DNA from: Vampirovibrio sp.
Lineage (GTDB): Bacteria > Cyanobacteriota > Vampirovibrionia > Vampirovibrionales > Vampirovibrionaceae
Direction: 5' to 3'
Assembly (NCBI RefSeq): GCF_041737375.1
Contig: NZ_JBGSRV010000003.1
Coordinates: forward strand, 76,522 to 140,521
Length of the DNA stretch: 64,000 nucleotides
Both the position numbers and the translations under genes were made by a program. How positions within the stretch are numbered: position 1 is the first letter of the stretch; the number at the start of each line of letters is the position of its first letter. Below, one piece after another: positions 63,412 through 64,000 of this stretch. The notes under the pieces were generated by a model. It was not told the DNA's origin, searched no databases, and saw only the letters and a list, made by a program, of their open reading frames with translations.

Positions 63412-64000
63412 ATTAAAACTCCTTTTCACTAAACAATTTCAATTTCTGGCTAAATAGGCCCTTGCCTGTCCGACTGATTACATCCTGTTGAGAACGCAGT
63501 CTGAATGCCAGTACAACAAAAAGCCTCAGTTCGCCCGAGGCGATAACGACCCCTTCACCAGAAATTTTGAGGTTACCCCCTATTGTTGCAATTGGAGGCT
63601 CAGCAGACAATTCACCACTTGTCTACAGAAAACTAGCTGACCTTCTATCAGAATTTTCGGTATTCTTACTACCCTTATTACACTTTAGCGCTACAAAACC
63701 GTGAATTCAGCCATTCAAAACCAAATCAGCAGGCAACAAATGCCCTGGATCAGGGTAAAATAGCACCTGTTTCAATCAGGACGCTCCAACCACCAATCCA
63801 CTCACTCTTTTATTTATATCGAATTCACACCGATGGGCAATTGCGTGTTCCCAAGTCAAAAGATACAGTAATTTGAAGGCAGGCGTTTGTTTTAAACACT
63901 GGTTTAAGCGCCTCGGCCTAAGCCAAATCCGCATTCACATTAAAGGGAGTACACATTTATGAAAACCACTTTTGTTCTATCCTTGGACGAAGACACGGCA

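Noticed and set aside
63958-64000. Partial ORF starting ATGAAAACCACT at the window edge
   Set aside because: Only 14 codons are visible, which is too little to support a call.

Overview
This is a chromosomal segment of a bacterium whose gene content matches the cyanobacterial lineage (Cyanobacteriota sensu lato), with GC about 55%. The main evidence is a cyanobacterial/chloroplast-type atp1 operon in the order c, b', b, delta, alpha, gamma. Other features that fit are translationally coupled genes, a photolyase, a TPR-orthocaspase, and the absence of HIP1 repeats. The window holds no photosynthesis genes, so I cannot say whether the organism is photosynthetic. Most of the window is core housekeeping: secA, priA, riboflavin genes ribE/ribBA/ribH, rplY, bolA, coaE, htpG, cinA, msrA, and a pit-DUF47 phosphate-transport module. 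It also holds two two-component systems, a photolyase/Cho-like DNA-repair neighbourhood and a yqjD/E/K-like stress operon.

The accessory-looking material is as follows.
- An island abutting tRNA-Asp at roughly 15.3-19.8 kb. It carries a terminase large subunit tightly coupled to a Q/N-rich candidate small terminase, a GNAT, a zinc-finger ORF, AT-rich flanks, and a ~330-bp palindrome-rich repeat array with ~66-bp terminal inverted repeats.
- A cluster of three paralogous single-pass membrane proteins at 51.1-54.9 kb that share a KK...LL...G juxtamembrane motif.
- A 616-aa ankyrin-repeat protein.
- A convergent, 3'-overlapping pair of low-complexity proteins at 8.65-10.2 kb.
- A candidate sRNA and a periodic heptamer array upstream of secA.

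I see no CRISPR array and no rRNA. Some CDS start codons were refined from RBS positions. The ORF track appears to translate non-ATG starts as M, so several N-termini are uncertain.
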